NCBI GenBank assembly: GCA_011109175.1
Contig: RDEW01000011.1
Coordinates: forward strand, 242,193 to 306,192
Direction: 5' to 3'
DNA: 64,000 bases
DNA from: Dicyema japonicum
Taxonomy: Eukaryota > Animalia > Dicyemida
The position numbers were made by a program, and so were the translations under genes. The notes under the pieces were generated by a model. The model ran no database searches and was not told the DNA's origin. It was given only the letters and a program-made list of their open reading frames with translations. This document shows, piece by piece, positions 63,241-64,000 of the stretch. Position 1 is the stretch's first letter, and each line of letters opens with the position of its first letter.

Positions 63241-64000
63241 CGTGGATTTTTTTTTCAAACTGTGACTTTAATTTAGTTAATTTTTTCTATTAAATTAATA
63301 CGAAAATTGACTGCTTCCTTTCCCCAAAAAAGACGAAAATTTTAGCTCCTGATCAGGGACTCTGTGAACGCTGCTGGCTATTGGAACGTATTTCCCTTAC
63401 AGTCCAATAACCATGCAGTCTGGACTGTATCATAACCATAATTTTTTTGTTATTTTATTACTTTAAGTAAAAAAAGCTCCATCTTAGAACACAAGAAATT
63501 TTTTTAAAACCAAGATAAAGACGCCTATAAAGTTATTCCTTTTGTTTTTTTCTTAAATCTCTTCACTTTTGCCTCTTCGGGTAGGCCTTGATGTCTGCTT
63601 GGAATACCGATGTCGATAAGGTGGGACAGTTGACAGGACTACATCCGCTGTCAGGAGCCGAGGGAGGTATCTTACTTGGATTCAACGTGGACAGACATTT
63701 TCTCTAACGCGAATCTGTTAAAGTCATCTTTACAACAGATTCCACATCGATACTCCTAGATGAAGTACCGCGTCATTGGATCAAGTTCTTTAAATTTCTG
63801 ACTGATTGAGATTGGACTCGAGCTCCAGGAAACCTCGGAGCATTGCTAAGACGGCGTGTGAAATCCATCCCCATTCGTATGGGCCTCTATGTCGCGATGC
63901 AATAGAATTACCGAGTCCATTATCCATTTTACCAATCACTTCAAAGGTTTCGAAGATAATTAGGACAATCCAGAAATGATCACTCGATCCTATAAATGAT

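Overview
AT-rich animal genomic DNA (Iroquois homeobox and XBP1 are present), mostly decayed transposable elements with a few compact host genes. The host genes are split by GT-AG micro-introns of about 21-27 nt, so the ORF track misses or fragments them. Introns this short are known from dicyemid mesozoans, but the taxon is only an inference. Genes reconstructed by hand: XBP1 (5598-6210) with a bifurcated IRE1 stem-loop and a 20-nt non-spliceosomal intron, cyclophilin B, PC4/SUB1, a single-finger CCCH protein, mitochondrial ferredoxin (FDX2-like) and Iroquois. There is also an ADAM-type metalloprotease fragment and an SMC4 pseudogene fragment. Mobile DNA includes CRE, R4/Dong-like, RTE, Ingi-like (one with a 2A-like peptide) and Jockey/I-like non-LTR elements, RIME-like bipartite derivatives, a tRNA-derived SINE, Buster-type hATs with 8-bp TSDs, Merlin and Tc1/pogo remnants, and a Ginger transposon with host-sized micro-introns. 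Best leads: the XBP1 20-nt IRE1 intron, which lies inside a possible GT-AG intron giving the same frameshift; the intron-bearing Ginger; a possible bunyavirus-like endogenous viral element at 46.3-49.0 kb; and a 1.4-kb inverted duplication flanking the ferredoxin gene. All calls come from reading the sequence by eye; no searches were run.
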